Source: an uncultured Burkholderiales bacterium
Lineage (GTDB): Bacteria; Pseudomonadota; Gammaproteobacteria; Burkholderiales; SHXO01
Direction: 5' to 3'
Assembly (NCBI GenBank): GCA_964523885.1
Contig: CAZFYX010000072.1
Coordinates: forward strand, 9,240-73,239
DNA length: 64,000 nt
The first letter of the stretch is position 1. Each line of letters starts with the position of its first letter. This document shows, in pieces, positions 37,271 through 45,942 of the stretch. Position numbers and translations under genes: made by a program. A model generated the notes under the pieces. It was not told the origin of the DNA, made no database searches, and saw only the letters and a list, made by a program, of their open reading frames with translations.

Positions 37271-39151
37271 ATGAGCTACCCGCTTCTCGAGACCATCCAA
37301 AGCCCCGCCGACCTGCGCGGGTTTGACCGCCGCCAGCTCCAGCAGCTCGCCGAGGAGCTGCGCGCATACCTGATCGAGTCGGTCAGCAAGACCGGGGGGC
37401 ACCTGTCCTCAAACCTGGGCACGGTCGAGCTCAGCATCGCGCTGCACTACGTCTACAACACCCCCGAGGACCGCATCGTCTGGGACGTCGGCCACCAGAG
37501 CTACGGCCACAAGATCCTCACCGGCCGGCGCGAGGAGATGGGGCGCCTGCGCATGTTCGGCGGGATCTCCGGATTTCCCCGACGCAGCGAGTCGATCTAC
37601 GACACCTTCGGCACCGCCCATTCGAGCACTTCGATCAGCGCTGCGCTGGGGATGGCGGTTGCCGCGAAGGCGAAGGGCGAGCCGCGCCACGTGATCGCCG
37701 TCATCGGAGACGGCGCGATGTCGGCCGGAATGGCCTACGAGGCCATGAACAACGCGGGCGTCAGCGAGCTCGACCTGCTGGTGATCCTGAACGACAACGA
37801 CATGTCGATCTCCCAGGCCGTGGGCGGGATGAACCGCTATCTCGCGCGGCTGGTGTCGGGGCAGGCGTACGTGAACGCGCGCAGGGCGGCGGAGAAGTTC
37901 CTCTCCAGCATCCCGAAGCTCGGCGAGCTGGCCAAGAAGGTCGAGGTGCACGCCAAGGGCATGGTGGTCCCCTCCACCCTGTTCGAGCAGTTCGGCTTCA
38001 ACTACATCGGGCCGATCGACGGGCACGACCTCGACTCGCTGGTGCCGACGCTGAAGAACATCCGCGAGCTGAAAGGGCCGCAGTTCCTGCACATCGTCAC
38101 CCGCAAGGGGCAGGGCTACAAGCTGGCCGAGGCCGACCCGATCCTCTATCACGGCGTGTCCAAGTTCGAGCCCGACGTCGGGATCGCCAGCGGAAAGGGC
38201 GGGGGCAAGCTGACCTTCACCCAGGTCTTCGGCGACTGGCTGTGCGACATGGCCGCGCAGGATCCGCGCATCGTCGGCATCACCCCCGCGATGCGCGAAG
38301 GCTCCGGCATGGTCCGCTATGCCGAGGAATACCCGGACCGCTACTTCGACGTCGGCATCGCCGAGCAGCATGCGGTCACCTTCGCCGCCGGCCTGGCCTG
38401 CGAGGGCATGAAGCCGGTGATGGCGATCTACTCCACGTTCCTGCAACGGGCGTACGACCAGTACATCCACGACGTCCAGCTGCAGAACCTGCCGGTGCTG
38501 TTCGCGCTGGATCGTGCCGGCCTGGTCGGCGCGGACGGCGCCACGCACCATGGCGCCTTCGATCTGTCGTACCTGCGCTGCATCCCCAACATCACGGTGA
38601 TGGTGCCGGCCGACGAGAACGAGTGCCGGCAGATGCTCTACACCGGCATCACGCTCGACGCGCCGGCGGCGGTGCGCTATCCGCGCGGCTCCGGCATGGG
38701 CGTGGCCATCGAGCAGGAGATGCGGGCGCTGCCGATCGGCAAGGCGGAGGTGCGCCGTGAAGGCCGCCGGGTCGCGATCCTCGCCTTCGGCCCCCTGCTG
38801 AAGACGGCGCTCGAGGTCGGCGAGGAGCTGAACGCGACGGTGGTGAACATGCGCTTCGTGAAGCCCCTCGACGACGCGCTGGTCGCCGAGCTGGCACGCA
38901 CCCACGACTTGCTGGTCACGATCGAGGAGAACGTGATCGAAGGCGGTGCCGGCAGTGCCGTGTCGGAGAGCCTGAGCGCGCGGGGCCTCGAGGTCCGCAT
39001 CCTCCACCTGGGGCTGCCGGATCGCTTCATCGACCACGGCGACCAGGCGCAGCTGCTGGCGCAGGTCGGTCTTCACCGCGACGGCGTCCTCGCGTCCATC
39101 CGCGCTCGCCTCGCCGAGCTGCCGCAGACACCCGCCGCACGCGTCGCCTAG
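37271..39151 (+). CDS. dxs: 1-deoxy-D-xylulose-5-phosphate synthase
   Basis: Frame of ORF 37235..39151, with the start [16 protein letters not shown] at 37271. Contains [20 protein letters not shown] and the ThDP motif [18 protein letters not shown]. Confidence 0.95.
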   Translation: MSYPLLETIQSPADLRGFDRRQLQQLAEELRAYLIESVSKTGGHLSSNLGTVELSIALHYVYNTPEDRIVWDVGHQSYGHKILTGRREEMGRLRMFGGISGFPRRSESIYDTFGTAHSSTSISAALGMAVAAKAKGEPRHVIAVIGDGAMSAGMAYEAMNNAGVSELDLLVILNDNDMSISQAVGGMNRYLARLVSGQAYVNARRAAEKFLSSIPKLGELAKKVEVHAKGMVVPSTLFEQFGFNYIGPIDGHDLDSLVPTLKNIRELKGPQFLHIVTRKGQGYKLAEADPILYHGVSKFEPDVGIASGKGGGKLTFTQVFGDWLCDMAAQDPRIVGITPAMREGSGMVRYAEEYPDRYFDVGIAEQHAVTFAAGLACEGMKPVMAIYSTFLQRAYDQYIHDVQLQNLPVLFALDRAGLVGADGATHHGAFDLSYLRCIPNITVMVPADENECRQMLYTGITLDAPAAVRYPRGSGMGVAIEQEMRALPIGKAEVRREGRRVAILAFGPLLKTALEVGEELNATVVNMRFVKPLDDALVAELARTHDLLVTIEENVIEGGAGSAVSESLSARGLEVRILHLGLPDRFIDHGDQAQLLAQVGLHRDGVLASIRARLAELPQTPAARVA

Positions 39152-39154
39152 TTT

Positions 39155-39194
39155 TCTCCTCCCCCTCGAGGGGGGAGGCCCTGGGTGGGGGTGG
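39155..39194 (+). repeat. REP-like element directly after the dxs stop
   Basis: TCTCCTCCCCCTCGAGGGGGGAGGCCCTGGGTGGGGGTGG: a hairpin plus a G-rich tail. Confidence 0.75.
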
Positions 39195-39217
39195 ATCGCA
39201 GCCAGAAACCTAACCCC

Positions 39218-39354
39218 AACCGCATTCAACGCAGAGGACGCAGAGGACGCGGAGGACGCAGAGGAACACGGAGGAAAGCCGCTCCGGTTGGGGCGTGTCG
39301 CTCTTCCTCGCTGTTCCTCTGCGACCCTCTGCGTCCTCTGCGGTCAATGCGTTT
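39218..39354. repeat. 137-bp imperfect palindrome whose arms are tandem 9-mers (CGCAGAGGA x4-5 / TCCTCTGCG x4)
   Basis: The left arm at 39218-39280 contains CGCAGAGGA at 39230, 39239, 39248 (CGCGGAGGA) and 39257. The right arm at 39290-39354 is its reverse complement. The outer 29 bp match in about 25 of 29 positions. Confidence 0.85.
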
Positions 39355-39407
39355 GGCCGTGATCCCGCTCCCCTGACCAAAGTCCGCCCGGCCATCCCCG
39401 CTGACAC

Positions 39408-39450
39408 TGTCAGAATTATCTGACAGAATGGCTGTATGCAGATGCTGACA
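39408..39450. promoter_or_regulatory. Two PpsR/CrtJ-type operators (TGT-N12-ACA) at the crtI promoter/start
   Basis: TGTCAGAATTATCTGACA (39408-39425) and TGTATGCAGATGCTGACA (39433-39450), 7 bp apart. The second covers the crtI ATG at 39436. Confidence 0.75.
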
Positions 39451-40968
39451 GAAGCCGGCCGCTCCGCCGTGGGCAATGCCAGGCGCCAACCGCATGCCGT
39501 GGTGATCGGCAGCGGCTTCGGCGGCCTCGCGGCTGCCATCCGGCTCGGCGCCCGCGGATATCGGGTCACGGTGCTGGAGCGGCTCGACGCGCCCGGCGGC
39601 CGCGCCTATGTCTTCCGCCAGGACGGCTTCACCTTCGACGCTGGTCCCACCATCATCACCGCGCCGTTCCTGCTCGAGGAGCTGTGGGCGATGTGCGGAC
39701 GACGCATGGCGGACGACATCGACCTCAGGCCGATGTCTCCGTTCTACCGCATCCGCTTCCACGACGGCTCCACCCTCGATTGCAGTGCAGACCCGGCGCA
39801 CATGCGCCGGGAGGTCGCGCGACTCTCGCCTGGCGACGTGGCCGGCTACGAGCGCTTCATGGCGCGCAGCGAGGACATCTACAAGGTTGGCTTCGAGCAG
39901 CTCGGACACGTGCCGTTCGACTCCTGGACCGACATGGCGAAGGTCGCGCCCGACATGCTCCGGCTCGGCAGTCACCGCACGATCTACGGCATGGCCGCGC
40001 AGCACGTGAAGGACGAGCGCCTGCGTTTCGCGCTCAGCTTCCATCCGCTGTTCATCGGTGGCAATCCGTTCAAGGTCACCTCGATCTACGCGCTGATCTC
40101 GTACCTGGAGCGGCGCTGGGGCGTGCACTTCGCGATGGGCGGCACCGGGGCGCTGGTGCGCGGGCTGGCCAAGCTCATCGAAGGGCAGGGCAACGTGATC
40201 CGCTACGGGGCGGAGGTGGCCGAGATCACCGTGCAGGGCCGCCGTGCCACCGGTGTGAAGCTGGCCTCCGGCGAAAAGATCCGGGCCGACGTCGTGGTCT
40301 CCAACGCCGATGTCGCGTGGACCTACGGCCACCTGCTGCCCGCGCACGCACGCCGGCACTGGACCGATCGCCGGCTGGAGCGCTCGCGCTACTCGATGAG
40401 CCTGTTCGTGTGGTACTTCGGCACGCGCCGCCGCTACGAGGACGTGCCGCACCACACCATCGTGCTCGGCCCGCGCTACCGTGGGCTGATCGACGACATC
40501 TTCGAGAACAAGGTGCTGGCCGACGACTTCAGCCTGTACCTGCACCGGCCGACCGCCACCGATCCGTCGCTCGCGCCCGCCGGTTGCGACACCTTCTACG
40601 CGCTTTCGCCGGTTCCGCACCTGGGCGGCGACGTCGACTGGGCCAGCCAGGCCGAGCCGTACCGCAAGCGCATCGCGCAACGGTTGTCGCAGACGCTGCT
40701 GCCGGGCTTCGAGGCCGAGGTGATCTCCTCCCGGGTGGTCACGCCGGAGTACTTCCGCAACCACCTGCTCTCCGTCCATGGCGCAGCCTTCGGGCTGGAG
40801 CCGGTGCTGACGCAGAGCGCGTGGTTCCGGCCGCACAACCGCAGCGAAGACATCGAACGCCTCTACCTCGTCGGCGCGGGCACGCATCCCGGCGCGGGCG
40901 TGCCGGGCGTGATCTCGTCCGCCCGCATTCTCGACACCGTGGTGCCCGATGCCGCAGCCCTGGCTTGA
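39436..40968 (+). CDS. crtI: Phytoene desaturase
   Basis: 510 aa. FAD fold VVIGSGFGGLAAAIRL and DAGPTIITAP; CrtI-type throughout. ATG 39442 is an alternative start. Confidence 0.95.
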   Translation: MQMLTEAGRSAVGNARRQPHAVVIGSGFGGLAAAIRLGARGYRVTVLERLDAPGGRAYVFRQDGFTFDAGPTIITAPFLLEELWAMCGRRMADDIDLRPMSPFYRIRFHDGSTLDCSADPAHMRREVARLSPGDVAGYERFMARSEDIYKVGFEQLGHVPFDSWTDMAKVAPDMLRLGSHRTIYGMAAQHVKDERLRFALSFHPLFIGGNPFKVTSIYALISYLERRWGVHFAMGGTGALVRGLAKLIEGQGNVIRYGAEVAEITVQGRRATGVKLASGEKIRADVVVSNADVAWTYGHLLPAHARRHWTDRRLERSRYSMSLFVWYFGTRRRYEDVPHHTIVLGPRYRGLIDDIFENKVLADDFSLYLHRPTATDPSLAPAGCDTFYALSPVPHLGGDVDWASQAEPYRKRIAQRLSQTLLPGFEAEVISSRVVTPEYFRNHLLSVHGAAFGLEPVLTQSAWFRPHNRSEDIERLYLVGAGTHPGAGVPGVISSARILDTVVPDAAALA

Positions 40969-42043
40969 ATCACGACAGCGCGAGGACGACCTCGCGGCCT
41001 GCCGGCAATTGCTGCGCGGTGGTTCGCGCACGTTCTACGCCGCCTCGTTCCTGTTGCCGCGTTCCGTGCGCGAGCCGGCCAGCGCGCTGTACGCCTTCTG
41101 CCGGATCGCCGACGACGCGGTCGACCTGGACATCCGGCGCCCGGACGTGCTGGCCCGGCTGCGCGAGCGCCTTGCGCGCGCCTACGAGGGGCGGCCGCAG
41201 GCCCACAGCGTGGACCGTGCGTTCGCGGACGTCGTCGCACGCTTCGAGATGCCGCGTGCCCTGCCCGAGGCGTTGCTCGAAGGGTTCGAATGGGACCTCG
41301 AGCGGCGCCGCTATCCCGACCTGTCGTCGCTGTATGCCTACTCGGCACGCGTCGCCGGAACCGTCGGTGCGATGATGTCGGTGCTGATGGGCGCTCGCAC
41401 GCCCGCGCTGCTGGCGCGTGCATGCGACCTCGGCGTGGCGATGCAGCTCACCAACATCGCGCGCGACGTCGGCGAGGACGCGCGCGCGGGCCGGCTCTAC
41501 CTGCCGCTCGCCTGGCTGGATGAGGAAGGCGTCGATGTCGGGCGCTGGTTGCAGGCCCCCACGCACTCGCCCGCGATCGCGCGCGTGATCCAGCGGCTGC
41601 TCGCTGCAGCAGACGCGCTGTATGCGAGAGCGGAGGCCGGCATCTCGGGCCTTCCCGTGGCCTGTCAGCCGGGCATCCGCGCCGCAGGCCGCGTCTACGC
41701 GGAGATCGGCCGCGAGGTCGAACGCCGCAAGCTCGACTCGGTGACCGAGCGCGCCATCGTGACGGGGCGGCGCAAGGCCCAGCTCATCTTCGGCGCAACA
41801 CTGGACACGGTGCGCCCGCGGCAGGCGCTGCATGCGCCTGCGCTCGAGGAGACGCGCTTCCTGGTCGAAGCGGCCGCGCTGGACGGCGCGCCCAGCCAGG
41901 GTACGGTCGCGCTCGGCTGGGGCGAGACGTTGGAGCGCTTCGATCGCCGGGTGGAGTGGCTGGTCGGCCTGTTCGATCGCCTCGAGCGCGAGCACCGCAG
42001 CCGCCAGCCGGGCGCGCGCGCACCGGCACGCGCAGCGGTCTGA
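40949..42043 (+). CDS. crtB: Phytoene synthase
   Basis: 364 aa with SRTFYAASFLLP, YAFCRIADDAVD and ARDVGEDARAGRLYLP (Asp-rich motifs). Overlaps the crtI end by 20 nt. Confidence 0.9.
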   Translation: MPQPWLESRQREDDLAACRQLLRGGSRTFYAASFLLPRSVREPASALYAFCRIADDAVDLDIRRPDVLARLRERLARAYEGRPQAHSVDRAFADVVARFEMPRALPEALLEGFEWDLERRRYPDLSSLYAYSARVAGTVGAMMSVLMGARTPALLARACDLGVAMQLTNIARDVGEDARAGRLYLPLAWLDEEGVDVGRWLQAPTHSPAIARVIQRLLAAADALYARAEAGISGLPVACQPGIRAAGRVYAEIGREVERRKLDSVTERAIVTGRRKAQLIFGATLDTVRPRQALHAPALEETRFLVEAAALDGAPSQGTVALGWGETLERFDRRVEWLVGLFDRLEREHRSRQPGARAPARAAV

Positions 42044-42130
42044 TTCGCGCCGCTCGCGCGGCGCCCCAACTGATTGGTGCCGCTCGCGCGGCGCCTGGTC
42101 TGATTTGTGCCGCTCACGCGGCACGGGGAG
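42041..42130 (+). repeat. Three tandem 30-bp units, each TGATT + 7-bp GC stem / 4-nt loop hairpin
   Basis: Units at 42041-42070, 42071-42100 and 42101-42130. Stems are GCGCCGC/GCGGCGC, GTGCCGC/GCGGCGC and GTGCCGC/GCGGCAC. Unit 1 begins with the crtB stop codon. Confidence 0.85.
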
Positions 42131-42139
42131 GGCGAGCCG

Positions 42140-42277
42140 ATGCAGGGCGGCCAGTTCATCGAGTTGATCGTGATCGTGCTGTTCCTGCTCGGCTGGGGCG
42201 TGCTCGAACTGGTCGGGCGGCGCCTCGACAAGCGCCGCGAGGAAGAAGCGAAGCGCAAGCAGGGCGCAGAGCAGTAG
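42140..42277 (+). CDS. Candidate small single-TM protein (45 aa), below the ORF-track size cutoff
   Basis: ATG 42140 follows the SD GGAGG (42126-42130). The translation is MQGGQFIELIVIVLFLLGWGVLELVGRRLDKRREEEAKRKQGAEQ. Nearly all third positions are G/C, as in real genes here. TAG stop at 42275-42277. Confidence 0.4.
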   Translation: MQGGQFIELIVIVLFLLGWGVLELVGRRLDKRREEEAKRKQGAEQ

Positions 42278-42294
42278 GACCATCCCGAGAAGTT

Positions 42295-42449
42295 CCACTC
42301 CCACCCCGGCCCTTCCCCCATCGAGGGGGTGGGAGAGATGCGCGACCGGCGCATGCGCAACGCCACGCGCTGCTCATCCGATTGCACCAGCTACGCGTTG
42401 CGCGCAGTTCTCCCTCTCCCCTCGCGGGAGAGGGCTGGGGAGAGGGGGA
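42295..42449. repeat. Inverted pair of REP-like elements (composite) between the small ORF and the crtC end
   Basis: Reverse copy at 42295-42337 (CCACTCCCACCCCGGCCCTTCCCCCATCGAGGGGGTGGGAGAG). Forward copy at 42408-42449 (TTCTCCCTCTCCCCTCGCGGGAGAGGGCTGGGGAGAGGGGGA). Confidence 0.8.
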
Positions 42450-42455
42450 AGGCCG

Positions 42456-43442
42456 CTAGCGTGCGCGCCTTGGCATCCTGAACGGCAGCAGCGCCTGCAC
42501 CCAGGGCGCGCGGAAACGGTCCAGCGACAGGCTCTCGTGCATCGCCGTCACCGGGGCACCGAGCAGGTGCGAGGACAGCACCGACCGCGCATAGAACGGC
42601 GTGTCCTCCAGGGTGCGTTGCACGCGCGCGCCATGCGGCAGCTCCGCGCGCGTCCCGCGTGCGATGCGCCACAGCGTCCCGGGCAGGACAGCGCGGGGCG
42701 GCGGCGTGAACCGCTCCACGGCTCCCGCTGCATCGATTCGCAGTGCGAGCGTCCTCGGGTCCGTGCCGCGCGGCACCACGTCGTAGAGCAACGCGCTGCC
42801 GCCATCCGGCAGGCTCGCGCGCGACCAGTCCCAGGATGCGAAGTCCTCCTCCAGGGGACGGTCGCCTGCGTTGCTGTCGAGGTAGGCGTCGCCCTGCCAG
42901 CGCAGCTTCGGCTCCGTGAACTCGACCTCGACCCGCGCGCGCGGCGCGATCGGCCGCCAGCGGTGACGCCCGTTTGCATCGAGCGCGAAGGTCTCGCCGA
43001 CCCGGGTGCCCGGTATCACGCGCACCCGTCCGCGCAGCCGCTTGGGGACCGGCACCGTGGTCTCGTCGATGGACACGGTGAGAACGCCGTCCTGCCATGC
43101 CAGATCGCTGGGTCCGACCCGGAAGTGCGCCGGCGTGCGTTCGACCGCGGCGCGACCACGCTCGGTGAGGGCCCAGTGCTTGCGGCGATCGCCGTACAGC
43201 GCGACGTTCAGCGCGCAGAAGTCGAGCGGGTCACCCCGGGCGCGCCGCCGCGCCCATGCGTAGTACGGAGAGAACACGCTTCCCACGAAGGCGATGAGCG
43301 TGATGCCATGACGGCCGTCGTCGCTCAACGCATCGACGTACCACCACAGGTATCCGTCCCGGGGAACCGGCGCGTCGAACCCCGACTCGCGCCCGGCGAC
43401 CGAGTTGGCCGACGGCATGGCGTCGCGGCTGCAGGCGTTCAC
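42456..43442 (-). CDS. crtC: Hydroxyneurosporene synthase (carotenoid 1,2-hydratase)
   Basis: 328 aa. YLWWYVDALSDDGRHGITLIAFVGSVFSPYY is typical of CrtC. Its start overlaps the crtD stop by 4 nt. Confidence 0.9.
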   Translation of the reverse strand: MNACSRDAMPSANSVAGRESGFDAPVPRDGYLWWYVDALSDDGRHGITLIAFVGSVFSPYYAWARRRARGDPLDFCALNVALYGDRRKHWALTERGRAAVERTPAHFRVGPSDLAWQDGVLTVSIDETTVPVPKRLRGRVRVIPGTRVGETFALDANGRHRWRPIAPRARVEVEFTEPKLRWQGDAYLDSNAGDRPLEEDFASWDWSRASLPDGGSALLYDVVPRGTDPRTLALRIDAAGAVERFTPPPRAVLPGTLWRIARGTRAELPHGARVQRTLEDTPFYARSVLSSHLLGAPVTAMHESLSLDRFRAPWVQALLPFRMPRRAR

Positions 43443-44947
43443 GTCAGACCGCCCTCTCGTTGCACGTCACGCAGCACCGCCTGAGCGGCAATCCGCCCCG
43501 ACAGCGCGGCCATCGGTACGCCGGGCCCGGGATGCGTGCTGCCGCCGCAGAGGTACAGCCCCGGGATGCGGGTGCGCGCACCCGGACGCGTGAACGAAGC
43601 GCGCCAGCCGTGCGATGCCTGCCCGTAGAGGGCGCCGCCGGTTGCCGGGAAGAGGGCATCGAACTTCTCCGGCGTGGTCACGACCGTGTGGGCTGCCGTT
43701 CCCCCGATCCGCAGGCCGCAGCGCTCCATCAGGGCGAAGGCGGCCTGCTCGCAAGAAGCCAGCTGCGAGCCGTCGACTGAAGTGCGGTCGCCGTTGGCGG
43801 GAGCGTTTACCAGGCACAGCAGACGCTCGGGCTGGCCGACCGGGTGAATGGCCACATCCCCGCGATCCTGCGCGCATACGTACACCGTGGGTGTGGCAGG
43901 CAGCCGCGAGCGCTTGAAGATGTCGTCGAACTCGCTCTCGTAGGCATTGGAGAAGAACACGTTGTGGCGCACCAGCGGGAATCCCTCGCATGGCGCGAGG
44001 ATCGCCCAGGTCACGGCGGACAGCGAGCGCTGCGCGGGGTCGGCGGGGGGCAGTGCCTGGGCCGCAGCCAGCCCGAACTGCCCGGCCGCCACCCCGGCGG
44101 CATCCGCGTTTGACACCACGACGTCCGCATCCACCATCTCGCCGCCGGCGATGCGTACCCCGCGCGCGCCGGGCGACCCGATCACGATGTGATCCACGTG
44201 CGCACCGTAGCGGAACTTCGCGCCGCTTGCCCGGGCCAGGGCTTCGAGTGCGACGGCCAGGCGATGCATGCCGCCCTCCACCAGCCACACGCCGTCCTGC
44301 TCCACGTGGGCCACCAGCATCAGGGTGGCCGGCGCGAGGAACGGGGACGATCCGCAATAGGTGGCGTACCGGCCGAACAGCTGGCGCAGGCGGGCATCGT
44401 GGAAATGGCTGCCGAGTGCACGCCACAAGGTGGTGAACGGGTCGATGCGCCACAGGTCGGCCAGTCCGGACAGGCCGGCCCGGCGCACCAGGTCGACGGG
44501 ACCCGGGCGGTCGGCGCGCAGGAACGGTCCTTCCAGCGTGCGATAGATGCGCGCTGCCTCGGCACAGAAGCGCAGGAAGCGGCGCGCCTCGGCAGCGCCG
44601 GAGAATGCGCCGATCGCTTCGGCCGAGCGCTGCACGTCGGCGTGCAGGTCGAGGCGCTCGCGCTCGCTCCAGGCGTGGCGGCAGAGCAGCTGCGCGCGCT
44701 GCAGCTTGACGCACTGCGCAAAGTCGGCGCCGGCGGCGGCGAAGATCTCCTCGAACACCCAGCGCATGGTGAAGACGGTGGGGCCGCCGTCGATGCGCGT
44801 CCCGCCGACCGGGATCTCGCGCATCTTGCCGCCGGGGGCTGCCGCGCGCTCGAGCACGGTCACGTCCAGCCCTGCGGCGGCAAGCGTCAGGGCGCTCACC
44901 AGCCCGCCGATGCCTGCGCCGATCACCGCTACCCGAGTCTGGGCCAA
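43439..44947 (-). CDS. crtD: 1-hydroxycarotenoid 3,4-desaturase (methoxyneurosporene dehydrogenase)
   Basis: 502 aa. FAD fold VAVIGAGIGGLVSAL; a CrtI-family member with CrtD-like sequence in the crtD-crtC arrangement. The start codon is TTG at 44947. Confidence 0.9.
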   Translation of the reverse strand: MAQTRVAVIGAGIGGLVSALTLAAAGLDVTVLERAAAPGGKMREIPVGGTRIDGGPTVFTMRWVFEEIFAAAGADFAQCVKLQRAQLLCRHAWSERERLDLHADVQRSAEAIGAFSGAAEARRFLRFCAEAARIYRTLEGPFLRADRPGPVDLVRRAGLSGLADLWRIDPFTTLWRALGSHFHDARLRQLFGRYATYCGSSPFLAPATLMLVAHVEQDGVWLVEGGMHRLAVALEALARASGAKFRYGAHVDHIVIGSPGARGVRIAGGEMVDADVVVSNADAAGVAAGQFGLAAAQALPPADPAQRSLSAVTWAILAPCEGFPLVRHNVFFSNAYESEFDDIFKRSRLPATPTVYVCAQDRGDVAIHPVGQPERLLCLVNAPANGDRTSVDGSQLASCEQAAFALMERCGLRIGGTAAHTVVTTPEKFDALFPATGGALYGQASHGWRASFTRPGARTRIPGLYLCGGSTHPGPGVPMAALSGRIAAQAVLRDVQREGGLT

Positions 44948-44984
44948 GCCGCACCCGCCTTCCGGCCGCTTCCAGCCGGCCAGA

Positions 44985-45028
44985 TGTCCAGAGAGATTGA
45001 CACTTTCAAGTGACAGGCGGAGTATACA
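44985..45028. promoter_or_regulatory. PpsR/CrtJ-type operator pair in the crtD<>crtE divergent region
   Basis: TGTCCAGAGAGATTGACA (44985-45002, perfect TGT-N12-ACA) and TGACAGGCGGAGTATACA (45011-45028, one mismatch), 8 bp apart. Confidence 0.7.
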
Positions 45029-45050
45029 GTCACAACCGCGGGAGGCGAGG

Positions 45051-45923
45051 ATGGATTTCGGACGGCGTATCGAGCAGGCGTTGTCGGCGGCAGTCGCCGG
45101 GGCGGCGGAGGGCGGCGGATGCCCGCCTCGCCTGGCGGCAGCCTTGCACTATGCCGTGTTCCCCGGTGGCGCCCGGGTGCGTCCGCGCCTGTGCCATGCG
45201 GTTGCCGCGGCCTGCGGCGACGACGCACCGGCCCTGACCGACGCCGCCGCAGCCGCGATCGAACTGCTTCACTGCGCTTCCCTGGTGCATGACGACCTGC
45301 CCTGCTTCGACGATGCCTCCACCCGCCGGGGCAAGCCCTCGCTGCACCGCGCCTTCGACGAGCGCCTGGCCGTGCTGGCCGGCGATGCCCTCATCGTGCT
45401 GGCCTTCCAGTCCGTGGCCAAAGCCGGCGTCGAGATGCCGCAGCGCCTCGCGGCGCTGGTCCAGACCGTCGCCCGCGGTGTCGGCGCGCCCACCGGCATC
45501 GTGGCCGGGCAGGCGTGGGAGTGCGAGCCGCGCGTGCCCCTGGCCGACTACCAGCGCGCCAAGACCGGCGCCTTGTTCTCCGCCGCGACGATGGCGGGGG
45601 CGGATGCAGCGGGCGCGGAGCCGGGCCCATGGCGGCTGCTCGGCGAGCGGCTGGGCGAGGCCTACCAGGTGGCGGACGACATCCTCGATGCTGCTGCCGA
45701 TGCCGAAGTCATCGGCAAGCCGGTCGGCCGCGACGTGGCGCTGGATCGCCCCAGTGCAGTACGCGAGCTCGGCATCGGCAACGCCATCCGCCGCTTCGAC
45801 ATGCTGATGGAAGGTGCCATCGAGTCGATCCCGGCCTGCCCGGGTGCCTCGCACCTGCGCGCGCTGATCCTGATGGAATCGCAGCGCCTGGTGCCCAAGG
45901 AGTTCGCGCTGCGCGCCGCGTGA
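45051..45923 (+). CDS. crtE: Geranylgeranyl diphosphate synthase
   Basis: Real part of ORF 44547..45923, with ATG 45051 behind the SD GGGAGG. Asp-rich motifs LVHDDLPCFDD and YQVADDILD. Confidence 0.9.
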   Translation: MDFGRRIEQALSAAVAGAAEGGGCPPRLAAALHYAVFPGGARVRPRLCHAVAAACGDDAPALTDAAAAAIELLHCASLVHDDLPCFDDASTRRGKPSLHRAFDERLAVLAGDALIVLAFQSVAKAGVEMPQRLAALVQTVARGVGAPTGIVAGQAWECEPRVPLADYQRAKTGALFSAATMAGADAAGAEPGPWRLLGERLGEAYQVADDILDAAADAEVIGKPVGRDVALDRPSAVRELGIGNAIRRFDMLMEGAIESIPACPGASHLRALILMESQRLVPKEFALRAA

Positions 45924-45942
45924 TGCCGGCACCGCGCAGGGC

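Noticed and set aside
37409-41031. Long minus-strand ORFs 37409..39229 (606 aa) and 39226..41031 (601 aa), and plus-strand ORF 39684..41375 (563 aa)
   Set aside because: They are antisense to or frame-shifted relative to dxs, crtI and crtB. No recognisable domains.
42041-42103. Selenocysteine or programmed UGA readthrough extending CrtB
   Set aside because: The hairpins start only 3 nt after each UGA and do not resemble the bacterial SECIS layout I know. A selenoprotein phytoene synthase has no precedent. The idea is kept only as a remote alternative inside the tandem-repeat finding.
42041-42130. CRISPR array (also considered for the 9-mer tract 39230-39275)
   Set aside because: There are only three contiguous 30-bp units with no unique spacers between them. 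The 9-mers are head-to-tail. There are no cas genes in the window.
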